Counted from the first letter of the stretch, positions 37,834 through 48,700 are shown. The stretch: 64,000 bases of DNA from an uncultured Prevotella sp. (GCA_900316565.1 ONDK01000010.1:15129-79128); one strand, 5' to 3'. The notes: generated by a model not told the origin, from the letters alone. Translations and numbers: made by a program.

Positions 37834-40800
37834 TTATTGTTTCTTTGCCTTCGTCAACGTTATAACAATCTCTGTACCATTCTCCGCTGTCCGTGCTGTT
37901 ATCCCACATCCACGACAGTTTGTAGCCTCTCCGTTGTCGCGTGCTATCTGCCGGCAGAGGAGATAAGGGAGACGGTCTCGCCCCGGTGTGAAGAGCTGAA
38001 GGCACTGTTCCGCATTAAGACGTAGTTCCGGCATGAGGACACAGAAGACGGCATAACGTCCGCTGAGGTCACTGATACTTATCTTCAATTCCTTTCCACC
38101 ATTCTGCTTCCGCAGTATCTCAAAGAGATAACCTATGAGGTCCTTGTCACCGAGCAAGTCGAAGTCGGCCTCTCCCCTCTCCTTCTCCCTCAGCACCTCA
38201 CTTATGGCAAATGGCTTACAGACAAGACGGACGCTGTCGACCTGACGCATTGCCTGGCCACTGAGGATAGTATACAGTTCCTTATAATATTCGGCCAGCT
38301 CACGGATTGACGACAGGTTGTTGTCAGTGCCATCGACGAGCTGACGTATTCTTGACGGATAATACATCGTCTCATGTTTCAAAGTAGACAGACAGTTGTC
38401 TAGCACACTGTTGGAGACATAGAGCTTCTGGTCTTCATATTCCGCCCGTCTGCGTTCATCCTCGGCAAGTTCAATACTGATGGCACTGCTCCGACTTCTG
38501 TCTGCAGCCTCTCGCAGCGCCTGTTTTATCTTCTCAACGACTTGTCGGAGCTCCGTAGGGAAACTGTCAGTGGGCATTGGCATTATCTCCTTCAGTTTAT
38601 CGTCGGCAGTACTGTCACAGAGCAATATGTCATTAATCTTACGCACCTTGTCAACGCAGTACTGGTAGTAGACACGATGACGGTAATAGATGAAGTAATA
38701 AGCAGGGAAGATGCTGAGAAGCAACAGGATGAGGATGGCAATGGCCACATTCTTATTGGTCTCCGACTTTTGCATCATACGGCAGTATTCGCCTAAGGTG
38801 TTGTCGGCTGAATACTCCTTGAAGAGCATCGTATAAACCTTGTTGTTGTATCTGTACAATGCCCATTGGTGAAGGGCCAATGCCGCCACGGCCGTCTCAT
38901 TGCGGACATCCATTATTATCCTATAGTTAGTCGGCAGACTGTCATGCAGCCACCTCACCTCCGGTGGCATTTTCGACACATCTCCTTCCTTCAGCATAAG
39001 CAGTTTCCCATTGGGGGTATGCCGTAGATAGAGTTCGTTCAACCACCTGCGACAACTGTCAGAGAATGCTATCGTCTTAGAATAAGTTCCATTGATATTA
39101 CTGTAATATGCTGAGTCTGCAAAGGCCGCCGCCTTCATAAGTATTGCGGTATCAGCCGTTGACATAGAGATTTTCACGTATGACGATGCTCTTGCAGGCT
39201 GCTTCTCCTTGACTGTAGTCGATGGGACGGAGGACATTGACGGTACTCCTGCGGCCCTCGAGGGCACAGCCATGGCAAAGATTGGACCAGTGAAGAGACA
39301 TATCGCAAGCAGAAACCTTACCATACCCTTCGGCAGTCGGAAGAAGAAACGACTACCCTTCCCTGGCTCGCTCTCCGCCGATAGATAGCAGACATTGAAG
39401 ATCGAGCTTATCTTCTTGTATTTATCTATTATTCCACGGCAGTTCATCAGTCCGAAGCCGTGACCGTTATACACCTTATGGTCGAAAATTCCCGACAACT
39501 CTTCCTCCGTCATTCCTTTTCCCGTATCCTTGACTGATATCTCCACATAACCAGGAGTCTCTGTGGCGCTTACTGTCACCGTTCCTCCTTCAGACGTAAA
39601 CTTCCGGGCATTGTCAGCAATGGTGTTGACCATGAACAGTGTCAGAATCTTATCGGCCTTCACCGTTGCATCTGTTTTCTCCACAGAAAGTTTTATTCCT
39701 TTGAGTTGGAAGCTCATGCGCCCTCTTTGAACTATATCAAAGAGCTGTTGCAAGGGGAAGGTCTCAATGTGAAGGTTCAACTGTCCCTGTCTCACCTGTA
39801 TCCAGTCGGTAAGCACTGTGTTGTATTCATTAATCTTATCGGTCAGTTCCGCAATATATTCGTAGCGTTCCTTCCTCATCCCATCTGGCTCATGTTTCTC
39901 AATAAGCCGGTTTATCTCATTCAGCATACGATCGATAAACGGTACTATGCTGTTGACAAGCGATATCTTGGCACGTTGCTCGAGGTTACGCTTCTTATCA
40001 CTGACAATATGTACGACGCTCAACGAGTAGGCCTCATTAATATTCTCGTATCTGTCATTCATTCTCTCCATGTACTCATTATAGCGTTTCTGCCATAATT
40101 GCAGAGGCTCCATAAGGGAGGCCAAGGAGTTGCGGCTGTCATTGCGGTGTCTGAGTCGGTTGAAGATGAAAAGAAGGAGTACTAAAATGACTATCATCAC
40201 GATGACGGAGAGTATCATCAGATTAAGTTGCGAGGATGATTTGGCCAGTTGGTCAGCACGAGACTCATAGTATCTGTCCTGTCGCGTCTGCTCCTGAAGG
40301 TCGAGATATATGTTTCTGTTATAGTCGCTTTGCTGCTTGTCATTCACAGATGAATAGACGATGCTAAGCTGTTCGCGGATTGATGCCACCAGGTCTGGGG
40401 CCTGGTTGATAGCGGTATCCTTCTCCAAGGCATCTTGAAGACATGCTATAGCTGAGTTGTAATCTTTTATCTGCCAATAGCAGGAGGCCAGCGTACGGTT
40501 GGCACCGGCTATCTGATAGATATCACCGAAAGAGGTGAAGAGGTCCAAAGAACGCAATGCAAGATTTCCAGCCAGAAGGCTGTCGGGCATCCGGTCGGTA
40601 TTTACCAATTGTATTGCCGGACCGTTGTCCTCTATAAGTTTCCGTCGTCCTTCAGGAGACTGCAAGTGCTCGCTGATGGCCTCCAGGGTGTTGGCCTGCC
40701 AGAAGGGATAATTGAATTTAAGAGCGAGAAAATAGCACTGGGTAAGATAATCGAATTCCTGTTGGCTGATATCGTCCTGCGAACCTTCAGTGATTATTCC

Positions 40801-41451
40801 ACCCGCACCCACATTATATAAATAGTTAAGGTATTGCGCCGTATCCTTCTGGATATCGCCATCAGGGTCTATGCTACGGAGAGCATCGACGCTCTGCCGT
40901 TCCAACCCTACATAATAATAATATGTGGAAGTAACTATATTAAACTCTGAACGGGCGTAAATATACCTAAGTTGCTGATGCTTCGACAGTGTCCCCTTCT
41001 CCTCCTCTATGCGATGAAGGCGCCGCTGAGCATCCTCATGATAGTCATAGAAATCCTTGTTAGCCGACATCCGCTGGCAAAGACGCATCTGCTGGACATT
41101 GGCAATGAGCAGTTCTACTTGATTATCGGTAACAAGCGGAATAGAGTCAAGTATCGAAGATGCCCGCTTATAGTTCATCTTCGATGTGTAATAAAACGCG
41201 AGATTATTCATCGCCTCCGCATGTCCGTCGTCATAATCACTGGAAGCACGCAAAGCTCTCTCAGCATACACGCGGACGGAGTCAAGGTTCCTATAATGAA
41301 AGTCATAAGACACCATATTCAACCTGTCAACAGTCTCGCTGTCCTTCTGATGACAAGCTGAAAAAGACAAAAGGCCCCAAAGGCACAATAGCCATATGGG
41401 GCCTTTCGTAAAGATAGCACTATTATGCGCGTGCAGCCTTAATATATCCAA
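37834..41451 (-). CDS. Large membrane sensor histidine kinase (DUF5112/DUF5113-like) with duplicated architecture
   Basis: Periplasmic TPR-like region, TM, HATPase boxes (DNARKFT, DTGKG, GHGFGL, GKGSRF), second hydrophobic segment and periplasmic region, TM, LKHET. Confidence 0.82.
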   Translation of the reverse strand: MDILRLHAHNSAIFTKGPIWLLCLWGLLSFSACHQKDSETVDRLNMVSYDFHYRNLDSVRVYAERALRASSDYDDGHAEAMNNLAFYYTSKMNYKRASSILDSIPLVTDNQVELLIANVQQMRLCQRMSANKDFYDYHEDAQRRLHRIEEEKGTLSKHQQLRYIYARSEFNIVTSTYYYYVGLERQSVDALRSIDPDGDIQKDTAQYLNYLYNVGAGGIITEGSQDDISQQEFDYLTQCYFLALKFNYPFWQANTLEAISEHLQSPEGRRKLIEDNGPAIQLVNTDRMPDSLLAGNLALRSLDLFTSFGDIYQIAGANRTLASCYWQIKDYNSAIACLQDALEKDTAINQAPDLVASIREQLSIVYSSVNDKQQSDYNRNIYLDLQEQTRQDRYYESRADQLAKSSSQLNLMILSVIVMIVILVLLLFIFNRLRHRNDSRNSLASLMEPLQLWQKRYNEYMERMNDRYENINEAYSLSVVHIVSDKKRNLEQRAKISLVNSIVPFIDRMLNEINRLIEKHEPDGMRKERYEYIAELTDKINEYNTVLTDWIQVRQGQLNLHIETFPLQQLFDIVQRGRMSFQLKGIKLSVEKTDATVKADKILTLFMVNTIADNARKFTSEGGTVTVSATETPGYVEISVKDTGKGMTEEELSGIFDHKVYNGHGFGLMNCRGIIDKYKKISSIFNVCYLSAESEPGKGSRFFFRLPKGMVRFLLAICLFTGPIFAMAVPSRAAGVPSMSSVPSTTVKEKQPARASSYVKISMSTADTAILMKAAAFADSAYYSNINGTYSKTIAFSDSCRRWLNELYLRHTPNGKLLMLKEGDVSKMPPEVRWLHDSLPTNYRIIMDVRNETAVAALALHQWALYRYNNKVYTMLFKEYSADNTLGEYCRMMQKSETNKNVAIAILILLLLSIFPAYYFIYYRHRVYYQYCVDKVRKINDILLCDSTADDKLKEIMPMPTDSFPTELRQVVEKIKQALREAADRSRSSAISIELAEDERRRAEYEDQKLYVSNSVLDNCLSTLKHETMYYPSRIRQLVDGTDNNLSSIRELAEYYKELYTILSGQAMRQVDSVRLVCKPFAISEVLREKERGEADFDLLGDKDLIGYLFEILRKQNGGKELKISISDLSGRYAVFCVLMPELRLNAEQCLQLFTPGRDRLPYLLCRQIARDNGEATNCRGCGITARTAENGTEIVITLTKAKKQ

Positions 41452-42094
41452 GAGCCTCTACACATTTATCTGTAATGGCTTTCCAGTTCTTGGCAGCGAC
41501 GACATCCTTCGGGAAGAGCTTAGAGCCCATGCCTACGCAGAGCACGCCACTCTTTATCCATTCCGTGAGGTTCTCCTTGTCAGGTGACACAGCACCTGTA
41601 ACCATGATGTTTGACCAACGCAGCGGACCCAGGATATTCTTCACGAAAGACGGACCACCGACATTACCTGCCGGGAACACCTTTGTAACATCACAGCCTG
41701 CAGCCTGAGCATTGGACACCTCTGTTACAGAGCCACAGCCAGGGCTATAAGGAACGAGGCGACGGTTGCAGATAGGCGCAATCTCCGGAACGAAGTTTGG
41801 ACCGACTATGAAGTTGGCACCAAGCTGAAGGTAGAGAGCGGCCGTTGGAGCATCGATGACAGTGCCTGCACCGAGAATCAGCTCCGGGCATTCCTTTGCG
41901 GCCCACTTCACGAGCTCACCAAAGATTTCATGAGCGAAGTCACCACGGTTGGTGAACTCGAATACTCGTACACCACCCTCATAACATGCCTTGATGACAT
42001 TCTTGCAAACATCGATGTCGCTGTTGAAGAAAACCGGTACCATACCAGTCTCTTTCATTGCTGAGATAACCTGTATTTTATTGAATCTAGCCAT
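41423..42094 (-). CDS. eda: KDPG/KHG aldolase
   Basis: Start MARFNK (42094); EFTNR, GAGTV, KVFPAG, MVTGAV. Confidence 0.92.
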   Translation of the reverse strand: MARFNKIQVISAMKETGMVPVFFNSDIDVCKNVIKACYEGGVRVFEFTNRGDFAHEIFGELVKWAAKECPELILGAGTVIDAPTAALYLQLGANFIVGPNFVPEIAPICNRRLVPYSPGCGSVTEVSNAQAAGCDVTKVFPAGNVGGPSFVKNILGPLRWSNIMVTGAVSPDKENLTEWIKSGVLCVGMGSKLFPKDVVAAKNWKAITDKCVEALGYIKAARA

Positions 42095-42175
42095 TATTTG
42101 TTTTCTTATCTTTATATGTTTGTTTAACTGTAAGGTCATGAGCCCACGTTTCCACAGGCTCATTAACTCTTCTGT

Positions 42176-43198
42176 TTATCTCTGGACACGGCCTGAAGCG
42201 TTTCCTGCAGCGAGGCTCTTCACCTCAGCCTCACTGACGAGGTTGAAGTCGCCAGGAATAGTATGCTTGAGGGCAGATGCTGCAACAGCATACTCCAGAG
42301 CGTCAGCCTGGTTGTCCATAGTGAGCAGACCGTGGATAAGACCACCTGCGAAGGAATCACCGCCACCGACACGGTCGATGATTGGGTTGATGTCGTAGTG
42401 CTTGCTCTCGTAGAAGTCCTTGCCATTGTAGATAAGGGCCTTCCAACCATTGTATGTAGCACTGTAAGACTCACGGAGAGTAGAGACAACATACTTGAAG
42501 CCGAACTCCTTCATCATTCCCTTGAAGATGTTGTAGTATCCGGAAGCATCCGTGTTGCCGTGCTCAACATCAGCATCAGGCTTGAAGCCAAGGCAGAGAG
42601 CAGCATCTTCCTCATTGCCGATGCATACATCCACATACTTCATCAGAGGACGCATAACGGAGATAGCTTTCTCAGAAGTCCACAGCTTCTTACGGAAGTT
42701 AAGGTCAACAGATACGGTAACGCCGTGACGCTTAGCAGCCTCACAAGCCAGACGTGTGAGCTCAGCAGCCTTGTCGGAGATGGCCGGAGTGATACCAGAC
42801 CAATGGAACCAAGAAGCGCCTTCCATAATCTTATCGAAATCGAAGTCAGAAGGATCAGCCTCAGCAATAGCACTGTGCGCACGGTCGTAGATAACCTTTG
42901 AAGGACGCATGGCAGCACCCGTCTCAGCATAGTACAGACCTACGCGCTCACCACCACGTGCAATGAAGTCGGTCTTGACACCATAGCGACGCAGAGCGTT
43001 GACAGCAATCTGTCCGATCTCATGAGTAGGGAGCTTGGTAACGAAATAAGCCTCGTGACCATAGTTAGCGAGCGATACAGCAACATTAGCCTCGCCACCG
43101 CCAGGGATGATGCGGAAAGAATCTGTCTGGATGAAACGGTCGTTTCCTTCTGGAGAAAGGCGGAGCATAATCTCGCCCATTGTAACAACTTTAGCCAT
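42176..43198 (-). CDS. kdgK: 2-dehydro-3-deoxygluconokinase (PfkB family)
   Basis: GEIMLRLS, GGGEANVA, DLNFRKKLW, DRVGGGDSF; next to eda and uxaA. Confidence 0.92.
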   Translation of the reverse strand: MAKVVTMGEIMLRLSPEGNDRFIQTDSFRIIPGGGEANVAVSLANYGHEAYFVTKLPTHEIGQIAVNALRRYGVKTDFIARGGERVGLYYAETGAAMRPSKVIYDRAHSAIAEADPSDFDFDKIMEGASWFHWSGITPAISDKAAELTRLACEAAKRHGVTVSVDLNFRKKLWTSEKAISVMRPLMKYVDVCIGNEEDAALCLGFKPDADVEHGNTDASGYYNIFKGMMKEFGFKYVVSTLRESYSATYNGWKALIYNGKDFYESKHYDINPIIDRVGGGDSFAGGLIHGLLTMDNQADALEYAVAASALKHTIPGDFNLVSEAEVKSLAAGNASGRVQR

Positions 43199-43295
43199 TT
43201 TTTGTTTGTTTAAAAAATTAGTTTTTATTGTTTATATTCTTGTAACTTGTTCCTTGATTATATCCGACATTGGATATTACTCTGTTTAAGTAGCG

Positions 43296-43407
43296 CAAAG
43301 TTAACCATTTTTTTCTGTGCAAGGAAATAAAAACCGACTTTTTTTAATATAACGTCAAAAATAAGAGGCTGTGTTTTTACACAAACCAACTTTTATTACT
43401 AATTTTG
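43296..43407. promoter_or_regulatory. Divergent sigmaA promoters (kdgK -7 at 43296-43303 minus; LacI gene -7 at 43400-43407 plus) with a TGTG-N6-CACA palindrome at 43370-43383
   Basis: TAACTTTG and TAATTTTG matches; TGTGTTTTTACACA lies between them. Confidence 0.55.
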
Positions 43408-43461
43408 CACGGTGAAAAATAAATCAAGAATATAAAGGACCAATAATCGGACTGCTCATTA

Positions 43462-44526
43462 ATGAAAGAGAAAATCAGAATCAAGGATATTGCTCAGAGA
43501 GCTGGCGTTTCTGTCGGAACCGTTGACCGTGTGCTGCACAACAGGCCCAACGTATCCCCCTCAGCACGTGCCAAGATTGAAGAGGCACTGAAAGAGATGA
43601 ACTATCAGCCAAACGTTTATGCAAGCGCCTTGGCGTACAATCGTTCTTACATATTCTATGTGCTCCTGCCCAAGCACGGCAGCGACGCCTACTGGGACGA
43701 GATAGAAGAAGGAGCCACCAAGGCAAAGGAGCTGCGCCGCGATTTCTCTGTCAACGTGAAGTTTCTGTATTATGAGCGTTTCGAGAGCAAATCGTTTACA
43801 GCCGTGGGTAACGAGTGTATAAGTCAGAACCCTGACGGTGTGGTGGTGGTGCCCAGCGACCTCGACACAACGCGCTCCTTCACCGACAAGCTCCACAAGC
43901 AAGAGATACCATTCATCCTCCTCGACTCATACATGCCGGATCTCAAGCCACTGTCGTTCTTCGGTCAGGACTCTTTCCAAAGCGGTTACTTCGCAGCCAA
44001 GATGCTCATGCTCATAGCCCATGACCAGAAGAAGATAATGCTTATGAAGCAAACTAAGGAAGGACGTGTAGCCAGTAAGCAACAGGCTAACCGCGAGGTG
44101 GGCTTCCGCCACTACATGCGCGATCATTTCCCAGCCGTGGAGATCTTGGAAGTGGACCTGCAAAGGGAGAAGGAGCACTCATTCTATGACCACATCCTGG
44201 AAGAGTTCTTCACAAAGCATCCCGACATACACCACTGCATCACCCTGACATCCAGAGCATACATCGTGGGCGACTTCCTTCTGAAGACCAACCGCCGCGA
44301 CATACAAATCATGGGCTATGATGTTGTTGACCGTAACCGCCACGACATTGAAGAGGGTTCTATCTCCTTCCTCATAGCACAGCACGCATTCCAGCAGGGG
44401 TACGCATGCGTAGAAACCCTTTTCCGTGCGGTAGTCCTGAAGAAAGAAGTGCAGTCAGTGAACTACATGCCGATAGAACTGTTGTCAAAAGAGAACATCG
44501 ACTTCTATCACCGTATGATGCTTTGA
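43462..44526 (+). CDS. LacI-family regulator of hexuronate catabolism
   Basis: IKDIAQRAGVSVGTVDRVLHNR HTH, YQPN hinge; lies between kdgK-eda and uxaA. Confidence 0.9.
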   Translation: MKEKIRIKDIAQRAGVSVGTVDRVLHNRPNVSPSARAKIEEALKEMNYQPNVYASALAYNRSYIFYVLLPKHGSDAYWDEIEEGATKAKELRRDFSVNVKFLYYERFESKSFTAVGNECISQNPDGVVVVPSDLDTTRSFTDKLHKQEIPFILLDSYMPDLKPLSFFGQDSFQSGYFAAKMLMLIAHDQKKIMLMKQTKEGRVASKQQANREVGFRHYMRDHFPAVEILEVDLQREKEHSFYDHILEEFFTKHPDIHHCITLTSRAYIVGDFLLKTNRRDIQIMGYDVVDRNRHDIEEGSISFLIAQHAFQQGYACVETLFRAVVLKKEVQSVNYMPIELLSKENIDFYHRMML

Positions 44527-44611
44527 CAACATAACACACCCCATACAAAAATGTACATATACAATAATATTATTTAGCAAAATAAGATAAACAAACTTAC
44601 AAACAAACGAA

Positions 44612-46108
44612 ATGAAACAATCTTCTTTTATTAAAATCAATCCAGCCGACTCTGTCGTTGTCTGCCTCCGTCCTTTCAAGAAAGGCGAGACCATCAACGT
44701 AGACGGCAAAGACATTGAAGTGATGCAGGACACCCCAGCCGGCCACAAAGTGCTTATCAAAGACGCACATGAAGGTGAGAACATTATAAAATATGGCTAT
44801 CCCATCGGACATGCCAAGGAAAACCTCAAGGCCGGCCAGTGGGTCAACGAGAACAACCTCAAGACCAACCTCGCCGGCACACTGTCATACGAATACCACC
44901 CTGTCGATGCCCATCTTGACATCCCTAAGGAGAACCGCACGTTTAAAGGCTTCGTCCGCAAGAACGGCGATGTAGGTACACGCAACGAGATATGGATTGT
45001 ACCGACAGTGGGATGCGTAAATGGTATTGGCGAGCAACTGGTAAAACGCCTTACCGAGGAGACACACCTCGAAGGTATCGACGCCATACACTGCTGGCAC
45101 CACAACTACGGCTGCTCACAGCTCGGCGGAGACCATGAGAACACGCGCAAGGTTCTGCGCGATATCTGCCTGCACCCTAATGCCGGTGGTGTGCTGGTTC
45201 TGTCGTTGGGATGCGAGAACAACCAGCCCAATGCCTTCATGGAGACACTCGGCGAATACGACCACGACCGCATAAAGCTCCTTGTAACCCAGAGAGTTGA
45301 AGGCGACGAGTTGGAGGAAGGCATGAAGATCCTCCGTCAGCTCTATGCACAGGCTGTTAAGGACCATCGTGAGGACGTGCCGGTAAGCAAGCTGCGGATA
45401 GGACTCAAATGTGGAGGCAGCGACGGCTTCAGCGGCATCACCGCCAACCCGCTTGTCGGAGAACTCAGCGACTGGCTTGTTGCCCAGGGTGGCACGAGCG
45501 TGCTGACAGAGGTTCCGGAGATGTTCGGTGCAGAGACGATACTGATGAACCGTTGTAAGAGCCGCAAGCTCTTCGACAAGACCGTCAGCATGATAAACAA
45601 CTTCAAGGAATATTTCCTCAGTCATGGAGAGCCTGTCGGAGAGAACCCGTCGCCAGGAAACAAAGCCGGTGGCATCTCGACGCTCGAAGATAAAGCCCTG
45701 GGGTGCACACAGAAATGCGGTAAGGGTCCTGTCAGTGGAGTAATGGAATATGGTGAGCGTATCACCAATGACGGTCTGAACCTGCTCTCCGCTCCCGGCA
45801 ATGACCTTGTGGCAGCCACCGCGCTGGCCTCATCGGGCTGTCAGATTGTCACCTTCACCACGGGCCGTGGAACGCCTTTCGGCACTTTCGTCCCCACGAT
45901 GAAGATTTCGACGAACAACGACCTTGCGGCACGCAAGCCAAACTGGATAGACTTCAATGCCGGACAGCTCCTCGTTGGAAAGGACATGCGCTCTGTACGC
46001 GACGCCTTCATCGGCAAGGTCATCGCTGTTGCCAGCGGCGAGAAGGCCCGCAACGAAATAAACGGCTACAGTGAGATTGCCATCTTCAAGAATGGCGTAA
46101 CGCTGTAA
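44612..46108 (+). CDS. uxaA: Altronate dehydratase
   Basis: SAF domain (PAGHK, IIKYGYPIG), HNYGCSQLG, LGCENNQ, KCGGSDGFSGITANP, FTTGRGTP. Confidence 0.93.
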   Translation: MKQSSFIKINPADSVVVCLRPFKKGETINVDGKDIEVMQDTPAGHKVLIKDAHEGENIIKYGYPIGHAKENLKAGQWVNENNLKTNLAGTLSYEYHPVDAHLDIPKENRTFKGFVRKNGDVGTRNEIWIVPTVGCVNGIGEQLVKRLTEETHLEGIDAIHCWHHNYGCSQLGGDHENTRKVLRDICLHPNAGGVLVLSLGCENNQPNAFMETLGEYDHDRIKLLVTQRVEGDELEEGMKILRQLYAQAVKDHREDVPVSKLRIGLKCGGSDGFSGITANPLVGELSDWLVAQGGTSVLTEVPEMFGAETILMNRCKSRKLFDKTVSMINNFKEYFLSHGEPVGENPSPGNKAGGISTLEDKALGCTQKCGKGPVSGVMEYGERITNDGLNLLSAPGNDLVAATALASSGCQIVTFTTGRGTPFGTFVPTMKISTNNDLAARKPNWIDFNAGQLLVGKDMRSVRDAFIGKVIAVASGEKARNEINGYSEIAIFKNGVTL

Positions 46109-46249
46109 GCCACTATATACATATTATATTTAAGAAAGGTTGAAAGAAGAGGAGAGCCGGTTTCACCGGAAAACCGTTCCAAGTCACATCAAGGACGGCA
46201 TTCAAGTGGTTCCGCAATCCTATTCTTTCAATCTTTCATTTGTAAGACT

Positions 46250-47557
46250 ATGATTAGTAATAAGAAAGGACTAAAGGCACTGTCGCCATTATTTCTGCTA
46301 CTCGCACTGATAGCAGCCGTTATTGTAATGTCGCTTACAGACGTGAGCGTTGACGGAAAGAGCGTTCCCGTCATGCCACTGACCGTAGCCTTTCTTATTG
46401 CAAGCGTATACGCCATAGCTATCTCCGGCGGAATGCCACTGACAAAGCGCATCGACACATACAGCCGTGGTGCCGGCGCCTCCGACCTTCTGCTTATGCT
46501 ATGGATATATGTTCTGGCAGGGGCTTTCGCCGCGTCGGCAAAAGCCATCGGTAGTATCGACGCAACGGTGAACTTCGCCCTTAATGTTCTACCGCCCAAC
46601 CTTATCCTTCCCGGCCTCTTCCTCGCAGCCTGCTTCATCTCCATCAGCATAGGAACGAGCGTGGGAACGGTAGTGGCCTTGGTCCCGATAGCTGCAGGAA
46701 TAGCATCACAGACCGGCACCAACGCCGCACTCGTCACGGCTATCGTCGTCGGTGGAGCGTATTTCGGCGACAACCTCAGCTTTATCTCCGACACAACGGT
46801 CGTCGCAACGCAGACACAACACTGTAAGATGAGCGACAAATTTCGTGTCAACGTAATGATAGTAGCACCGGCGGCACTGGTGATTCTCATCATATATGCC
46901 ATCCTAGGAGCTGACGTTCAGGCTCCCACACACGTTGGTGAGGCCAGTTTCGTAAAGGTCCTCCCCTACCTCGTCGTTCTGATAACGGCCATATGCGGGA
47001 TGAATGTCATGGCCGTGCTCTCCATTGGAATTATCCTCTGCGGAGTGATAGGCCTCTTCCAGGGGTCCTTCGGATTCTACGGATGGCTCCTTAACATGAA
47101 CACTGGCATCATCGGTATGGGAGAAATGGTCATCATAGCCATGATGGCCGGAGGAATGCTTGGGATGATAAAGCACAATGGAGGCATCGACTTCCTGATA
47201 GAGAAGCTCACAGCCCATGTAAGCACACGCCGTGGAGCCGAACTGTCAATAGCCGCACTTGTCAGCCTTGTCAATATCTGTACTGCAAACAATACCATTG
47301 CCATCCTCACGGTCGGTGCTATCTCACGGCGTATTGGCGACCGTTTCGGCGTCGACAACCGTAAGGCGGCCAGCATCCTAGACACTTTCTCCTGTTGCGT
47401 CCAGGGCATACTGCCATATGGTGTACAGATACTGCTTGCCGCCGGACTGTCGGGGCTCAGTCCTATCGACATCCTACCCTATCTCTACTATCCGTTCGCC
47501 ATTGGAATAGCAGCACTCCTGGCCATACTCATCAGATACCCGAAGAAATACAGCTAA
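46250..47557 (+). CDS. NhaC-family Na+/H+ antiporter / amino-acid transporter
   Basis: SIGTSVGT, GGAYFGDNLSFISDTT, ANNTIAI, ASILDTF; about 11 TM helices. Confidence 0.88.
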   Translation: MISNKKGLKALSPLFLLLALIAAVIVMSLTDVSVDGKSVPVMPLTVAFLIASVYAIAISGGMPLTKRIDTYSRGAGASDLLLMLWIYVLAGAFAASAKAIGSIDATVNFALNVLPPNLILPGLFLAACFISISIGTSVGTVVALVPIAAGIASQTGTNAALVTAIVVGGAYFGDNLSFISDTTVVATQTQHCKMSDKFRVNVMIVAPAALVILIIYAILGADVQAPTHVGEASFVKVLPYLVVLITAICGMNVMAVLSIGIILCGVIGLFQGSFGFYGWLLNMNTGIIGMGEMVIIAMMAGGMLGMIKHNGGIDFLIEKLTAHVSTRRGAELSIAALVSLVNICTANNTIAILTVGAISRRIGDRFGVDNRKAASILDTFSCCVQGILPYGVQILLAAGLSGLSPIDILPYLYYPFAIGIAALLAILIRYPKKYS

Positions 47558-47603
47558 GGCACGGCACTCGGAGAGACAGGTAACACGGCATTAAACAGTC
47601 ATC

Positions 47604-48464
47604 ATGGAGGGACATAAAGAACAGATGATTAAGGAAAACATTATACAAAGGAACTTCTTCAGACTTATGCGCTCTGGAGCCTTCGGCGACAAATCGGTCA
47701 TCGAACCTATGTCGGCTTTCAAGTGGCGCCGTCTATACGATATGGTAGAGACGCAGAAAGTCGTTCATGTGTTTGCCCGTGGAGCCGAAAAACACAAGCA
47801 CGACGAGGGCATGAACATTCCCCTCGACGTGATAGCCGCTACCAAGGACTACATGGAGAAGCATCCACTTCCAGCAACGTCAAACGTGATGCAAACCCTG
47901 CCGGACGCATCGATGAGCAACCGTCTCCTCAACCGCCGTTTTCACAAGATTGCGGACCGAGAGCGGCACAACATCGACACATCCATAGAGTCGCTGGGAC
48001 TATTACAGATTATAGTGTTCAATGTCGACTCTATGCTGAACCGTGGCATGAGTCTCGACGGGATAATCCGTCTGGGACAGTACCTGCGCAGCGATGCAGG
48101 AGCAAGACTCGACGACATTAAAATTGACGCATGGCTGACAAGCCTTCATCTCGTCAGGATGGCCGAGCTGCAGGGCAACATCCTTGTAGAGGTATTCGGT
48201 TTCGAACCCGACGAGATCCCATTTGTACACAAGTCCGACCGCGAGGCATACAATATTACGGTTCGTGCGGTAAGTTATCTTGAGAAAGACACTACGGAGG
48301 AATGGCATTTCCGTCAGAGCCGTTCAGGTTTCGTGCAGAACAACTCCCATATCTTCCGGCGTAACCTCCGGCGCAGCATGCGCTACTTCGTATACGCACC
48401 TATAGAGACCACGAGTAACTTCTTCTCTGGACTGGGACACAGTCTGTCAGAGATAGAAGAATAA
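47604..48464 (+). CDS. Hypothetical protein (N-terminus weakly like uncharacterised nucleotidyltransferases)
   Basis: 286-aa ORF co-oriented with the upstream gene; FFRLMRSGAFG...W..L....Q.V N-terminus; no clear catalytic motif. Confidence 0.65.
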   Translation: MEGHKEQMIKENIIQRNFFRLMRSGAFGDKSVIEPMSAFKWRRLYDMVETQKVVHVFARGAEKHKHDEGMNIPLDVIAATKDYMEKHPLPATSNVMQTLPDASMSNRLLNRRFHKIADRERHNIDTSIESLGLLQIIVFNVDSMLNRGMSLDGIIRLGQYLRSDAGARLDDIKIDAWLTSLHLVRMAELQGNILVEVFGFEPDEIPFVHKSDREAYNITVRAVSYLEKDTTEEWHFRQSRSGFVQNNSHIFRRNLRRSMRYFVYAPIETTSNFFSGLGHSLSEIEE

Positions 48465-48543
48465 GGAGAGTAAGACTATATTGGATTTATCGTTGCATTT
48501 CGTGTAAACAAAATTCAAAATACCCTTTACCCGGATACAGCCC

Positions 48544-48700
48544 TGCAACATACTGATATTCAGCCGATTGCAAGTAAGGCTATTTTGCGTTGTATTTTCC
48601 GTACACTTACCTCGTAAAACATATGCTTTTACCTTGTTTTTTCCGTACACTTACAACGTAAAAGCATAACACCTATATAAGTGTAATTATTTTTGATATA
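48544..48700. repeat. Dispersed element, copy A: 29-bp imperfect palindrome, 2 x TTTTCCGTACACTTAC, inverted partial motif
   Basis: Palindrome 48544-48572; motifs 48595-48610 and 48639-48654; AAGTGTA near 48679. Confidence 0.8.

Noticed and set aside
37811-38005. N-terminal ORF-track extensions (response regulator; likewise glmM, nrnA, rpmB, eda, batB, sigma)
   Set aside because: They overlap upstream genes or promoters; downstream ATGs give the family-typical N-termini.
48595-48654. TTTTCCGTACACTT repeats (also 60337-60415) as a CRISPR array
   Set aside because: The repeats are only 14-16 bp, there are 2-3 per locus with irregular spacers of 8-30 bp, and no cas genes are present.
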